From an uncultured Bacillota bacterium (GTDB lineage Bacteria > Bacillota > Clostridia > Christensenellales > QAND01), in NCBI GenBank assembly GCA_905188085.1, contig CAJJKN010000003.1, forward strand, positions 44,688 to 108,687: a stretch of DNA of 64,000 bases, in the 5' to 3' direction. Both the position numbers and the translations under genes were made by a program. The notes beneath the pieces were generated by a model. It worked only from the letters and a program-made list of their open reading frames with translations. It ran no database searches and was not told the origin of the DNA. This document shows positions 48,333 through 57,846 of this stretch, piece after piece. The number at the start of each line of letters is the position of its first letter. The first letter of the stretch is position 1.

Positions 48333-48411
48333 TAAGCAAATCCGCCCAAATTTTCTTTAAGGAAAAACACATCGCCGGCCAGGTTTTAGTCATTGGTAAA
48401 AGGACGCCATT

Positions 48412-49113
48412 ATGAAAGACAGCGAACTGAATTTTGATCGAACTTGTCATGTGTTATATGCAAAGCCCTGTAAAAAACAAATCCGGGCCAAAATTGCCCT
48501 CCATTATCCGCCTGCGCAGCAAGAGGCCGTTTGGGAACGGGCGTAGCTGCAATATGTGGATTTTCTAAAGGATTGGCGTACGGACCTGGGCGGAAAGAAA
48601 AACTTTCATAACGGCAAGGGCGGCACTTACGACTTCATTGCGCTGATGGCCTATTATGTTGTCTGCAAAGAGGTTGCCAACCTTTCGGAAATCGAAGAGA
48701 TGGAGGGCAATCTGTTTTTAACCGCCTTTCGGAAGCTGAAATTTGTCAATGCCAACCGACCCTTTATCAAAAAACTGCTCTACCGCGCCTTTTCGAACGC
48801 GAAAAAGCAGTGCGATACATGGGGCGATTTTGAAATGCACATAGCGCCGTTTGAAAAAGATCAGCCGATCTATTATGAATTTACCGCGTGCCCCACGGCG
48901 GAATTTGCAAAAAAGCATGATCTGTTGGAAGTTATGCCCGCCCTTTGCAATCCAGATTTTGAAGCCATGGAGCTGATTCATGCCCGCCTTGTCCGCAAGA
49001 CCACCTGCTCAAACGGCTGTAAATGCGACTATACCATCTGCGGCGATCGGGACGAATTTCTAAACGCGCATCCTGAATACCGGGACGAAGCCGGCTACCG
49101 GCGAAACCGATAA
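48412..49113 (+). pseudogene. Cys-rich hypothetical protein (possibly ATC-hydrolase-like) interrupted by a single in-frame TAG at 48544-48546
   Basis: An ATG at 48412 (AAGGA upstream) opens 44 codons, then TAG, then the same frame continues without a shift into the 185-aa track ORF (GTG at 48556). Motifs C…C and CPTAEF…CNPDF…CSNGCKCDYTICG are present. Confidence 0.5.
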
Positions 49114-49267
49114 ATTTCTATAAAACAAAAAGGCCTCCGTTTTTAGGCGGTCTTTTCTTTTTCCCTTGTAATTTTTTCCATTTTCGCGGATTTGAAAATC
49201 CCTATAAATAAACCGCGCATCTGTCGTATAATACTATAATCACAACAGCCAGAAAAGGAGTCTTTCT

Positions 49268-50254
49268 ATGTGTACAGCCATTAGTTTTCAAACCAAAGAC
49301 CATTATTTCGGCCGCACTTTGGATTTGCATTATTCTTACGACGAAGCCGTCGTCATAACCCCCAGAAACCATCCGTTTCATTTTCGGTATGCCGGCAGCC
49401 TTCCCAACCATTACGCCATCATCGGCATAGCCACCGTGGCCAACGGCAGCCCGCTGTATTACGAAGCCACCAACGAGGCGGGGCTGAGCATCGCCGGGCT
49501 GTATTTTCCCGGCAACGCCTATTATCCACCCGAAACGCCGGAAAAGGACAACATTGCGCCGTTTGAAATCATCCCGTGGATTTTGGGCCAATGTGCTTCC
49601 GTAGAGCAGGCGCGGGCCATGCTTTCTCGGATGAACCCCGTCAACCTGTCCTTCAGCCCGGATTTTCCCGTAACGCCGATGCATTGGATCGTATCGGATA
49701 AAACCGCATCCCTTACCGTGGAACCGCTGGAGCAGGGGCTGCGCGTCTACGAAAACCCCGTAGGCGTTTTAACCAACAACCCGCCCTTTGACATCCAGCT
49801 GTTCAGCTTACATCAATACAGGGCGCTTTCCCCCCGCACCCCGGAAAACAATTTTACCGACCGGCTTCCCCTTGCCCCCTATTGCAACGGCATGGGCACA
49901 ATTGGCCTGCCGGGGGATTTCACTTCACAAGCCCGCTTTGTCCGCGCCGCTTTTACCAAATTTCATATCAAAGCGGAAAGCGACGAACAAAGCAGCGTTT
50001 CCCAGTTTTTCCGTATCCTGGGCGCCGTGCAGGTGCCGCGCGGCTGCGTACAGACAGCAGACGGCCGGGATCACTATACAATCTATACCTCCTGCTGCAA
50101 TACGGATAAGGGCCTTTACTATTATACCACCTATGAAAATCCGCAAATTATAGGCGTGGATATGCATGCGGAAAACCTGGACGGCCAAACGCCTGTCCGC
50201 TATCCGCTTCGCCAGCCTTGGCAGATTTCCATGCGCAATCATTCCACCGTTTGA
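49268..50254 (+). CDS. bsh: Choloylglycine hydrolase family protein (bile salt hydrolase / linear amide C-N hydrolase, Ntn)
   Basis: The N-terminal MCTAISFQTKDHYFGRTLD has the Cys2 nucleophile. The family length and motifs fit (…NEAGLSIAGLYFPG…). Confidence 0.88.
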   Translation: MCTAISFQTKDHYFGRTLDLHYSYDEAVVITPRNHPFHFRYAGSLPNHYAIIGIATVANGSPLYYEATNEAGLSIAGLYFPGNAYYPPETPEKDNIAPFEIIPWILGQCASVEQARAMLSRMNPVNLSFSPDFPVTPMHWIVSDKTASLTVEPLEQGLRVYENPVGVLTNNPPFDIQLFSLHQYRALSPRTPENNFTDRLPLAPYCNGMGTIGLPGDFTSQARFVRAAFTKFHIKAESDEQSSVSQFFRILGAVQVPRGCVQTADGRDHYTIYTSCCNTDKGLYYYTTYENPQIIGVDMHAENLDGQTPVRYPLRQPWQISMRNHSTV

Positions 50255-50298
50255 TTTTTCCCATTCAAAAAGCCCCGCAAAACGGGGCTTTTGTTTTC

Positions 50299-51057
50299 TC
50301 AATCTTCCATGCCTTCCCGGTTAAAATACCGCGGCTTTCCCTTGCTTTTTCGGCCGTACTCCACCGCCGTTTTCGGGCACCCCGCGATACACGCCATACA
50401 GTGCGTGCAGGCAGTGCCCCATTGCGGCCTGCCGTTTTGCATTGTAATGTTGTTCAGCGGGCACCGTTTGGCGCAAAGCCCGCAGCCTATGCAGGCCTGC
50501 GTTGTCCAAAACTTTTTCGCCTTCACAAAGCATTTGTAAAACACATCGTTGACAATCCCGCTTTCCAGCCGCCCGATCGGCCCGGGCTTGGCAGCTTCAA
50601 ACATTTCTCCCGCTTTTATCTTTTCCGCCAGCTCGTCTACCGCAGGGCGGGCGCGTTTCAAAATTTCCTCCGCCTCTTTGGGGCCGGGCACAGGAAACAT
50701 CGCCAGATAGTTTTCCGGCATTTTCACCGCCGCCAGCCCGCGCCATTGCCCCTGTATTTTTTCGCAGAGCGCCTTTGCATACCGGGCCGCGTTGCCGGCG
50801 CTGTCTCCGCAGGTCGTCACAAAATAAACCGGCCGCCCCGCTGCCGCACAGTGCTGCTCTAAATACACCTGCGCCAGGCGCGGAACCCGCCATCCGTAAA
50901 TCGGGGTGACCACCACCAGCGGCCGCTCGTCCATTTCAGGCATCGGCGTTTGGCCTTTTATACATTTTGCCAGGTTGATTCTTTTTTCTTGCAGTTTCTC
51001 TGCCAACCATTTTGCCGCCAGCGCGCTGTTACCCGTGCCGGAAAAATATGCTATCAT
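50299..51057 (-). CDS. EFR1-family flavodoxin-like/4Fe-4S ferredoxin fusion protein
   Basis: MIAYFSGTGNS (flavodoxin-like) is followed by two CxxCxxCxxxCP ferredoxin motifs (CIGCGLCAKRCP and CTHCMACIAGCP). Confidence 0.8.
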   Translation of the reverse strand: MIAYFSGTGNSALAAKWLAEKLQEKRINLAKCIKGQTPMPEMDERPLVVVTPIYGWRVPRLAQVYLEQHCAAAGRPVYFVTTCGDSAGNAARYAKALCEKIQGQWRGLAAVKMPENYLAMFPVPGPKEAEEILKRARPAVDELAEKIKAGEMFEAAKPGPIGRLESGIVNDVFYKCFVKAKKFWTTQACIGCGLCAKRCPLNNITMQNGRPQWGTACTHCMACIAGCPKTAVEYGRKSKGKPRYFNREGMED

Positions 51058-51248
51058 GCCGCGTTCCCCCTCTTTTTCCCTTTCCGCTGCTTTCTCGTTT
51101 GGTTTTCAGTATAGCATGTCTTCTCTGTTCTGTCCGTTTTGCCTTCTTGCCATTTCCCGATAAAAATGGGATAATGTCTGTATAGTATCTTTTTTGTTCC
51201 TAAAGTCGTGTCTTTTTGTTTTTCATTTGCATCAAGGAGGTTTTCCCC

Positions 51249-52352
51249 ATGAAACAATTGCTCACAGACATCCTTTCCGACCTGTGCACCACCCCCGGCC
51301 CTTCCGGTTTTGAGCGGGAGATTGCACAAAAGGCCAAAGACTATCTCTCTCCCTATTGCGATGAAATCACCGTGGATGCCGTGGGCAATGTCGTCGGCAA
51401 AATCAACGGGCAAGATCCTTCGCTCAAGCCTGCCATGGTCTATGCGCATATGGATCGCATCGGTTTTATCGTTTCCTTTTTGCAGGAAGACGGCTTTTTG
51501 CGCTTGCAGGCCGTCGGCGGCATTCCGGATAAAGTACTGCCGGGCAGCGTTGTTTCGGTACGCACCTGGGCGGGCGACACTTGGAAGCCCGGCGTAATCG
51601 GCACCAAATGCAATCATTTGATGACCGAAGAAGAGCAGGGCCGCGTGCAGCCTCTTTCCGAATTATTGGTGGACGTGGGGGCGCACAGCGTAGAAGAATT
51701 GCAGCAGATGGGCTTTTCCGTCGGCTGCCCTGCGGTATACCGTCCGTTTTTCCAGCGCATGGGTGAATACGGCATTGCCGCCACAGCCCTGGATAACTGT
51801 GGCAGCGTCGCTGCCCTAATCGGTATTGCCAAGCAGCTTTGCAAAGCCCGCCCGCCACGCGATACCTACATCGCTGCCACTGTGTGGGAAGAATACAACC
51901 AGCGCGCCGCCGCCATGGCCGTGCGCAAAGTAAACCCCGTTGTGGCCATCAGCATGGATATGCTCCTGGCGGGGGATACGCCGGATGTGCGCGGCTCGTT
52001 TGAGGGCACGTTGGGCCGCGGGCCGGTCGCTTCGCATTTTAATTACAGTGATCAGCCCATGAACGGCACCATCGCCCACCCCGGCCTATACAAACTGGCG
52101 CTGAAAACAGCACAGGCACAAAACACCGGCCTCCAGCGCTATGTCTGTTACAGCAGCCTGGGCGACAATGCCTATTCCCAGCTGCAAGGCGACGGCCCGG
52201 CCTGCATTGAAATCGGCGCCCCCGTTCGCTATGCCCATTCCACAACGGAAGTAGCGGATATTCGGGATATCGTCGGCCTGTCCGTTTTGGTGGCCCATAT
52301 GCTGTTATCCCTGGATGCGTCCTTTGTGCAGGCACGCTATACCCTGCGCTAA
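51249..52352 (+). CDS. M42 family aminopeptidase (second paralog)
   Basis: MKQLLTDILSDLCTTPGPSGFEREIA…HMDRIGF…WEEYN. AAGGAGG upstream. Confidence 0.85.
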   Translation: MKQLLTDILSDLCTTPGPSGFEREIAQKAKDYLSPYCDEITVDAVGNVVGKINGQDPSLKPAMVYAHMDRIGFIVSFLQEDGFLRLQAVGGIPDKVLPGSVVSVRTWAGDTWKPGVIGTKCNHLMTEEEQGRVQPLSELLVDVGAHSVEELQQMGFSVGCPAVYRPFFQRMGEYGIAATALDNCGSVAALIGIAKQLCKARPPRDTYIAATVWEEYNQRAAAMAVRKVNPVVAISMDMLLAGDTPDVRGSFEGTLGRGPVASHFNYSDQPMNGTIAHPGLYKLALKTAQAQNTGLQRYVCYSSLGDNAYSQLQGDGPACIEIGAPVRYAHSTTEVADIRDIVGLSVLVAHMLLSLDASFVQARYTLR

Positions 52353-52470
52353 CCGCACTCCTCATGCCCGGCCTATGGCCGGGTTTTTTATTTTGGTATG
52401 TTCTGTTTGGTTTTCGCATAGGCTAGCGTTGGAGCCCGGCTCAACTATCTTTTTACAGGAGGCGTTTTCC

Positions 52471-53556
52471 ATGCCACACATTCGTCATCTCTATCCCGGC
52501 GGCAACACTTCGCGCGGATTTTACAGTTATTACGATCAGCTTCTTCCCCCGCAAACCGCCACCCGCATTTTCATCTTAAAAGGCGGCCCCGGCGTAGGAA
52601 AATCCACGCTGATGCGCAGCATCGGCGAAACCATCGCCGAAAAAATGGATGTAGAGTTTTTGCATTGCTCTTCGGATAACGACAGCCTGGACGGCATCCT
52701 CGTACCCTCCAAAGGCCTTATGATGGTAGACGGCACCGCGCCGCATATCGTCGATCCCGATCTGCCCGGCGCTGTGGACGGCATTGTCAACCTTGGCACC
52801 TGTTTAAACGAAACGGCCATGCAGGAAAAGGCGCCGCAAATCCATCAAACAAAGCAAAAGATTTCCGCCCGGTTCCGGCGCGCCTATCGCTATCTGGCCG
52901 CCGCTTCCCGCCTGCGGGAAGACTCCAACGCCCTCTATGCCGCCCATGCAGACCGCGCCGCGCTCAACGATGCGCTGGCCCCCTGGCTGAAAACGCTGTT
53001 TGGTAAACGCAAACCGCAAGCCCCCGGCCGCGAGCGAAAGCTGTTTGCCGGCGCCGTTACGCCGCGCGGCTGCGTCTGCACGCTGGAATCGTTAAAGCCC
53101 GGCGAATGCTGGCGGATAGACGGCCCCTGGGCCTTCCCCTCGGAATGGATTTTGCAGCGCATCCGTACCCAGGCGCTCTGGGCCGGGATGGATGTGGAAT
53201 CCTATCACTGCGCCATAGACCCGCAGCGCATAGAGCACCTCTATCTCAAACAGGCGGATCTTTTGATCACCACGCATTCGGAATATCACAACATTTCCCC
53301 GGCCGGCGTCACGCAAACCCTGTCTTTCCGGCCTTTATTGGATGCTTCGGCGCTTTCTTTGCATCAGGCCGATTTGCAGCAAAACCGGGCGATGTTTTCC
53401 CAGCTCCTTCAAACCGCCGCAGACGCCATTGCAGACGCCAAAGCCCTGCATGATACGCTGGAGCATTTTTACACCAGCGAAATGGATTATACAAAGCTCG
53501 GCCGCATTACAGAGCAGGTTCGCCGCCGGATGCTCTCTTTATCCGGACTCATATGA
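52471..53556 (+). CDS. P-loop NTPase of unknown function (PRK06851-like conserved Firmicutes protein)
   Basis: Walker A ILKGGPGVGKST is present. 361 aa. AGGAGG 8 nt upstream of the ATG. Confidence 0.6.
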   Translation: MPHIRHLYPGGNTSRGFYSYYDQLLPPQTATRIFILKGGPGVGKSTLMRSIGETIAEKMDVEFLHCSSDNDSLDGILVPSKGLMMVDGTAPHIVDPDLPGAVDGIVNLGTCLNETAMQEKAPQIHQTKQKISARFRRAYRYLAAASRLREDSNALYAAHADRAALNDALAPWLKTLFGKRKPQAPGRERKLFAGAVTPRGCVCTLESLKPGECWRIDGPWAFPSEWILQRIRTQALWAGMDVESYHCAIDPQRIEHLYLKQADLLITTHSEYHNISPAGVTQTLSFRPLLDASALSLHQADLQQNRAMFSQLLQTAADAIADAKALHDTLEHFYTSEMDYTKLGRITEQVRRRMLSLSGLI

Positions 53557-53684
53557 TCTATGCCGTTTGGAGTGTCGTTTCTCCCTGCCTATTTTCAAAC
53601 CTTCGGCTTTGCCGGAGGTTTTTCTTTTCTCCTTTAACGGCAAAAGAAAAAAGAGGAATTTCTCCTCTTTTTCCGGTTCTTGTT

Positions 53685-55082
53685 TTATCCCAACATTTTC
53701 TTAACCGGCCGCATGGGGTCTGCGTTTACGCCGCCCAAATACTTGCAGGCCTCGCTTAAAATCTGGCTGTAATTTCCGTATGCGCCCGCCACATGATGAA
53801 TATAGGGGCCAAAGATAATCTTCTCTTCCCAGTCCTCCCAGCAGTCCACTTCCAGCCATACATAGTTTCCCTTTTTAGGCGGCCCGTCTATTCCGCGGCC
53901 CTGGCCGGAAAACAGGGAATACACGCCGTTCAACATATCAAACCGGGCAATGGTAATCGGCCCGTTTTTCAATTGAAAAGCGCCCCTGCCGTGGAAGGTG
54001 CTCTTGGGCGGCGTATCCGGATGCGCCAAACCGGGCGGATACGGCCCGCAATGCCATAACAGTTCCACGTTGTCCCATTCCGGGTGCCGGCTTGTAATGT
54101 CGGAAAAGAAAATCGGCTCCCGGTCCAGCGTGGCCGCTTGCATCATCACGGCCGTCACCGCGCCCAAAATATCCCCTTCACAGGCCGTGGGAATGCCCTT
54201 TTGGCACAGTTGGCCGATGATCTGGCAGCCGGAAATGCCGTAGCGCTGCGGCAGCAGCGACCAACATTCCATCGCCACGCCGTCTATGTCATAGTTTTCC
54301 ACCATCTCTTCAATGGCCATAATCAAAGCCGCCTGCCGGCGCTGCCTATCCATAGCCAATTCGCTCACATCCACGGTTTTGGCAAACGCCGCCACGGCGC
54401 TGTCCACCTCTTCGGCTCTGGTTTGCAAAATGCGATCCGATGCTTCCAGCATATCCGCGCTGCCCCACGGGTATACCTCTATCCCGAATTTTCTCAACAG
54501 CTCATCTTCGTTATAAATCACCGAATAAAACGCCTGCGGCCGGCCCCCTGCCAACAGAATCCGCATGCCGCGGAACCGGCGCACCACATTGGCCACCGCG
54601 CAAAAATCCTCAAAGCCTTTTTTCAGCCTTGGCCCGTCCACTTCGGAATTGAGAATATAGGAAAACGGCACGCCAAAGCGCTGCAGGCTTTTGGAAGAAG
54701 CCAGCGTTCCGCATTGCGTATCCCTGTCCTTGCCGCCCGGATAATCCGGATACGGGTCTCGGTTGCCCCACAAAAGCACCGGCACATTCATCCGCTTTGC
54801 AATCTGCCCTACCACTTCTTCACAGCCAAAATCGCAATGCGGCACAAACAGCGCATCTACCTGCTGGCGCTTTAGCGCCTGTTCCACCTGCGCCACCTGC
54901 GCATGCTCATACAATAGCCCCTCCGGCAATACGGCTTCCATATCCACCGTAACCGCCTCTTTGGGCGCAATCTGCTTTAGCCGATCTAAAATCAGCTGCT
55001 TTTGTTCCAGCGCGGTTTCCATCCTCGTCGTAGCTCTTTTAATCGGCACTACCCCTATTTTCACCGGTCCGTTGTCTCTCAT
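53685..55082 (-). CDS. L-fucose isomerase family protein (FucI-like, second copy)
   Basis: GPVKIGVVPIKRATTRMETALEQ parallels E. coli FucI [23 protein letters not shown]. 465 aa. Confidence 0.7.
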   Translation of the reverse strand: MRDNGPVKIGVVPIKRATTRMETALEQKQLILDRLKQIAPKEAVTVDMEAVLPEGLLYEHAQVAQVEQALKRQQVDALFVPHCDFGCEEVVGQIAKRMNVPVLLWGNRDPYPDYPGGKDRDTQCGTLASSKSLQRFGVPFSYILNSEVDGPRLKKGFEDFCAVANVVRRFRGMRILLAGGRPQAFYSVIYNEDELLRKFGIEVYPWGSADMLEASDRILQTRAEEVDSAVAAFAKTVDVSELAMDRQRRQAALIMAIEEMVENYDIDGVAMECWSLLPQRYGISGCQIIGQLCQKGIPTACEGDILGAVTAVMMQAATLDREPIFFSDITSRHPEWDNVELLWHCGPYPPGLAHPDTPPKSTFHGRGAFQLKNGPITIARFDMLNGVYSLFSGQGRGIDGPPKKGNYVWLEVDCWEDWEEKIIFGPYIHHVAGAYGNYSQILSEACKYLGGVNADPMRPVKKMLG

Positions 55083-55206
55083 TCTCTTGCTGCACCTCCT
55101 GCCCCTTTGTTTGTATTATACCTTACTTTGCCCTTTTGCAACACCCGGGCACGCGCGCTTGTTTTTTGGCATAGCATAGCAAAGAAAGCAAAGGAGGAGA
55201 TTTGTC

Positions 55207-55950
55207 ATGCCCATCATTTATCTAAGCCCCTCTACCCAGGAATGGAACCCCACCGTCATCGGCCAAAACGAGGAATATTATATGAACCTCATCGCCGATG
55301 CCATGATCCCTTACCTTACCGCCAGCGGCATTGCCTATACCCGCAACACCAAAGACATGACGGCCGCTTCCTCCATCGCCGCCTCCAACCGCGGCAGCTA
55401 TGATTTGCATCTGGCGCTGCATTCCAACGCCGCCCCCGAGGCTCTTTCCGGGCAGCTGCAAGGGCCGGATGTCTATCATGCGCCGGGCAGCGTTTTGGGC
55501 GCCCGCGCCGCACGCATCATCGCGGATAACTTAAAAGCCATCTATCCCGATCCCAATTTGGTCCATGTGCGCAGCTCTGCTGCCATTGCGGAAGTGCAGC
55601 GTACCAAGGCCCCCTCTGTTTTAATCGAATTTGCCTATCACGATAACGTGGCGGACGCAACCTGGATTCAAAACAACATCCAGGCCATCGCCCGCAATGT
55701 GGTGCTCTCTCTCACGGAATATTTCGGGCTGCCTTTCATTGAGCCCGTGCCGCCCAGGGCAGGCGTAGTCCGGGTAAACAGCGGCAGCTTTTTATACATC
55801 CGGGAAAAACCGTCCACCTCCGCCGCCGTTGTGGCGCTGGCCTATAATGGCGATGAAGTCACGGTTTACGGCCAATGGCAGGGATGGTATACCGTTTTGT
55901 ATCGCGATGATTTGGGCTATGCCAACAGCCGATACATCCGCTTTTTGTAA
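55207..55950 (+). CDS. N-acetylmuramoyl-L-alanine amidase (MurNAc-LAA) with C-terminal SH3b domain
   Basis: The zinc-amidase core (…YDLHLALHSNA…VLIEFAYHDN…) is followed by an SH3-like C-terminus (GVVRVNSGSFLYIREKPS…VTVYGQWQGWYTVLY). Confidence 0.8.
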   Translation: MPIIYLSPSTQEWNPTVIGQNEEYYMNLIADAMIPYLTASGIAYTRNTKDMTAASSIAASNRGSYDLHLALHSNAAPEALSGQLQGPDVYHAPGSVLGARAARIIADNLKAIYPDPNLVHVRSSAAIAEVQRTKAPSVLIEFAYHDNVADATWIQNNIQAIARNVVLSLTEYFGLPFIEPVPPRAGVVRVNSGSFLYIREKPSTSAAVVALAYNGDEVTVYGQWQGWYTVLYRDDLGYANSRYIRFL

Positions 55951-56037
55951 AAAGCGAACCTTCTTTCTAAACCCCGCATAGGATAGGGGTGAAAGGGGCG
56001 TTTCCCTTTCGTTACCAATGAAGAGGAGGACATAAAA

Positions 56038-56301
56038 ATGTTTTGTCAACGTTGTTCCTATGCGCGCACGCGCCGCTGCTGCAACAACAGCACTTCCAAC
56101 CAAATTTCCGATACGGCAACGGGCTATATCCCCGTTACCATGTCGTATACCTTTACCCCCACAGGCAGCCAATCCGATGGCTTCGGCTTTATCGACCAAA
56201 ACGCCCTGCTTTCCGGGCAGAGCGGTGCCTGTGATGATTGCAACACCGCCTCCAAATCCGCCGTGAACAACAGCGGCTGCGGCTGCAACGTTCGCTATTA
56301 A
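56038..56301 (+). CDS. Small Cys/Ser/Thr-rich protein of unknown function (87 aa)
   Basis: GAGGAGGA 7 nt upstream of the ATG. Sequence MFCQRCSYARTRRCCNN…GACDDCNTASKSAVNNSGCGCNVRY. Terminator hairpins follow at ~56310-56345 and ~56385-56413. Confidence 0.6.
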   Translation: MFCQRCSYARTRRCCNNSTSNQISDTATGYIPVTMSYTFTPTGSQSDGFGFIDQNALLSGQSGACDDCNTASKSAVNNSGCGCNVRY

Positions 56302-56496
56302 CCCTCCCGCGCCCCTTATCCGGGCGCTTTACATCTGTTTTTCACAAAGGCCTCCTTCCCTTGTCCCTCGTTTTCTTATCCCCAAAAAGGGCCGGTTTCG
56401 GTCCTTTTTGTTTTCGCTTGTTCGTTTCCGCGGCAGCGTGCATTTTCCCCGTCGCTTTGTTATAATAGGGCCAACGTATGATACAGGAGGAATGCT

Positions 56497-56924
56497 CCGT
56501 GCTTTCCAAAAAAGCAAAAAGCACCGCTTTGGTGCTGTTAAACGATGCCACACGCCAACGCTGCCAACAGGGGGTCGGCGCGCAGCTATCCCGTCTTGCG
56601 CAAAACGACCCATCCTACCTCACATCCCCTGCCTATCGCGAAATCTATACTTCTTTATGCCGGGATGTCGCGCTGGATGTCCGCCGAGCGCTGGCGTTTA
56701 AGTCGCCCTCGCACGCCCGGGTGATGGAGCGGCTGGTAGCCCATCCCGAACAGCTTTATCATGAAAGCATTTTGGAGGAAAATGGCATTTATACCTATCC
56801 GCTTTTGTTTGGGCTTTTATATTTTTCGCTGACCAGGCGCACCCCAAAGCCGGAGGATTTGCAAATCGTCCAGCAGTATTTTACAAAATTTCTCTGTGAA
56901 ATCGCCGAAGGGCAGCCTTTGTAA
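56497..56924 (+). CDS. Hypothetical protein
   Basis: GTG start with AGGAGG 6 nt upstream. The track lists an ATG at 56478 in the same frame, but it has no RBS. Confidence 0.5.
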
Positions 56925-57016
56925 ACACCCGAAAAACCGGGTGTTTCTTTTTTCGCATTTTGTGTATGGTATATTTTCCCACGGCCCGGGCCATACTAAT
57001 TTCGAGGTGAAGCAGT

Positions 57017-57178
57017 ATGGCCTATATCAACCCCCAATTGCGGGAGTATTTTGAAGATCTGCCCATAGATCTTCAGGAAACTCTGTTACACAGCACTGCC
57101 AACATCGGCACAGTCGGCGAACTGGAAACCGCCCTGCATCTTTTAGGGCACTACGAACGCTGCTGCGGCGATGATTGA
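57017..57178 (+). CDS. Small hypothetical protein (53 aa), below the ORF-track length cutoff
   Basis: GAGGTGAAG upstream of the ATG. Sequence MAYINPQLREYFEDLPIDLQETLLHSTANIGTVGELETALHLLGHYERCCGDD. A strong terminator follows. Confidence 0.5.
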   Translation: MAYINPQLREYFEDLPIDLQETLLHSTANIGTVGELETALHLLGHYERCCGDD

Positions 57179-57189
57179 ATCCTCTCCAA

Positions 57190-57219
57190 AAAAAGAAGCC
57201 CCCAGGGGCTTCTTTTTTA
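57190..57219. terminator. Bidirectional intrinsic terminator (aagaagcccccaggggcttcttttttat)
   Basis: A perfect hairpin flanked by A- and T-runs. It ends the + small gene and the minus-strand V-ATPase operon, and it overlaps the ntpD stop codon. Confidence 0.8.
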
Positions 57220-57846
57220 TCGCCGGCTCAATACCAGATCTTTTACTTTTCTCAGCCTCGTATTGGTCGCTCTGTCGTTTTCTTCCAGCTGCATGGCAAT
57301 GCGCCTTGCGCTTTGCTGATATTGCGGAATCAACACATATTCCAGCGCATTTACCCGGCGGCGCGTTCTTTCAATTTCATCGGCCAATTGCCGGCATGCC
57401 TGTTCGGTTTCCGCCAATTGTATCAGCTTTGGCAAAGCGCTTTTCAACGCTTCCATGCCACATCGCATATCTTCATCCTGCCACAGGCACGGCGTTGTCT
57501 GTGTTTTTTGCTGCAAAAGCGTCAGCTTCGGCAGCGTTACGCCCATAGCCTTTTGCGTCTGTATTTCAATTTCTGCCGTCTCCCTCGGCCATAACAGCGC
57601 CGTTTCCCATTTGGCCCGGCCGGCAGTGCCCATGGAAAAGCGCAGCGCCGCATAGGCGTTTTCCAGCTCTTTTTCCGTTTCGTCCCGCAGCTGCCGGTTT
57701 TCCTCTGTCAACATCAAAAACCGGCGCATCAGTTCGTCTCTTTTATCCTTTAACAGCTTATGCCCCCGCTGGGCCGCCATCAGCTTTTTCTTGGTTTCGG
57801 ACAGCGCCATGCGCGTAGGCGCCGGGTTTGTCTGCACCATGGTCAC
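57217..57846 (-). CDS. ntpD: V-type ATP synthase subunit D
   Basis: [30 protein letters not shown] is the V1 D-subunit signature. Confidence 0.88.
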   Translation of the reverse strand: MTMVQTNPAPTRMALSETKKKLMAAQRGHKLLKDKRDELMRRFLMLTEENRQLRDETEKELENAYAALRFSMGTAGRAKWETALLWPRETAEIEIQTQKAMGVTLPKLTLLQQKTQTTPCLWQDEDMRCGMEALKSALPKLIQLAETEQACRQLADEIERTRRRVNALEYVLIPQYQQSARRIAMQLEENDRATNTRLRKVKDLVLSRR

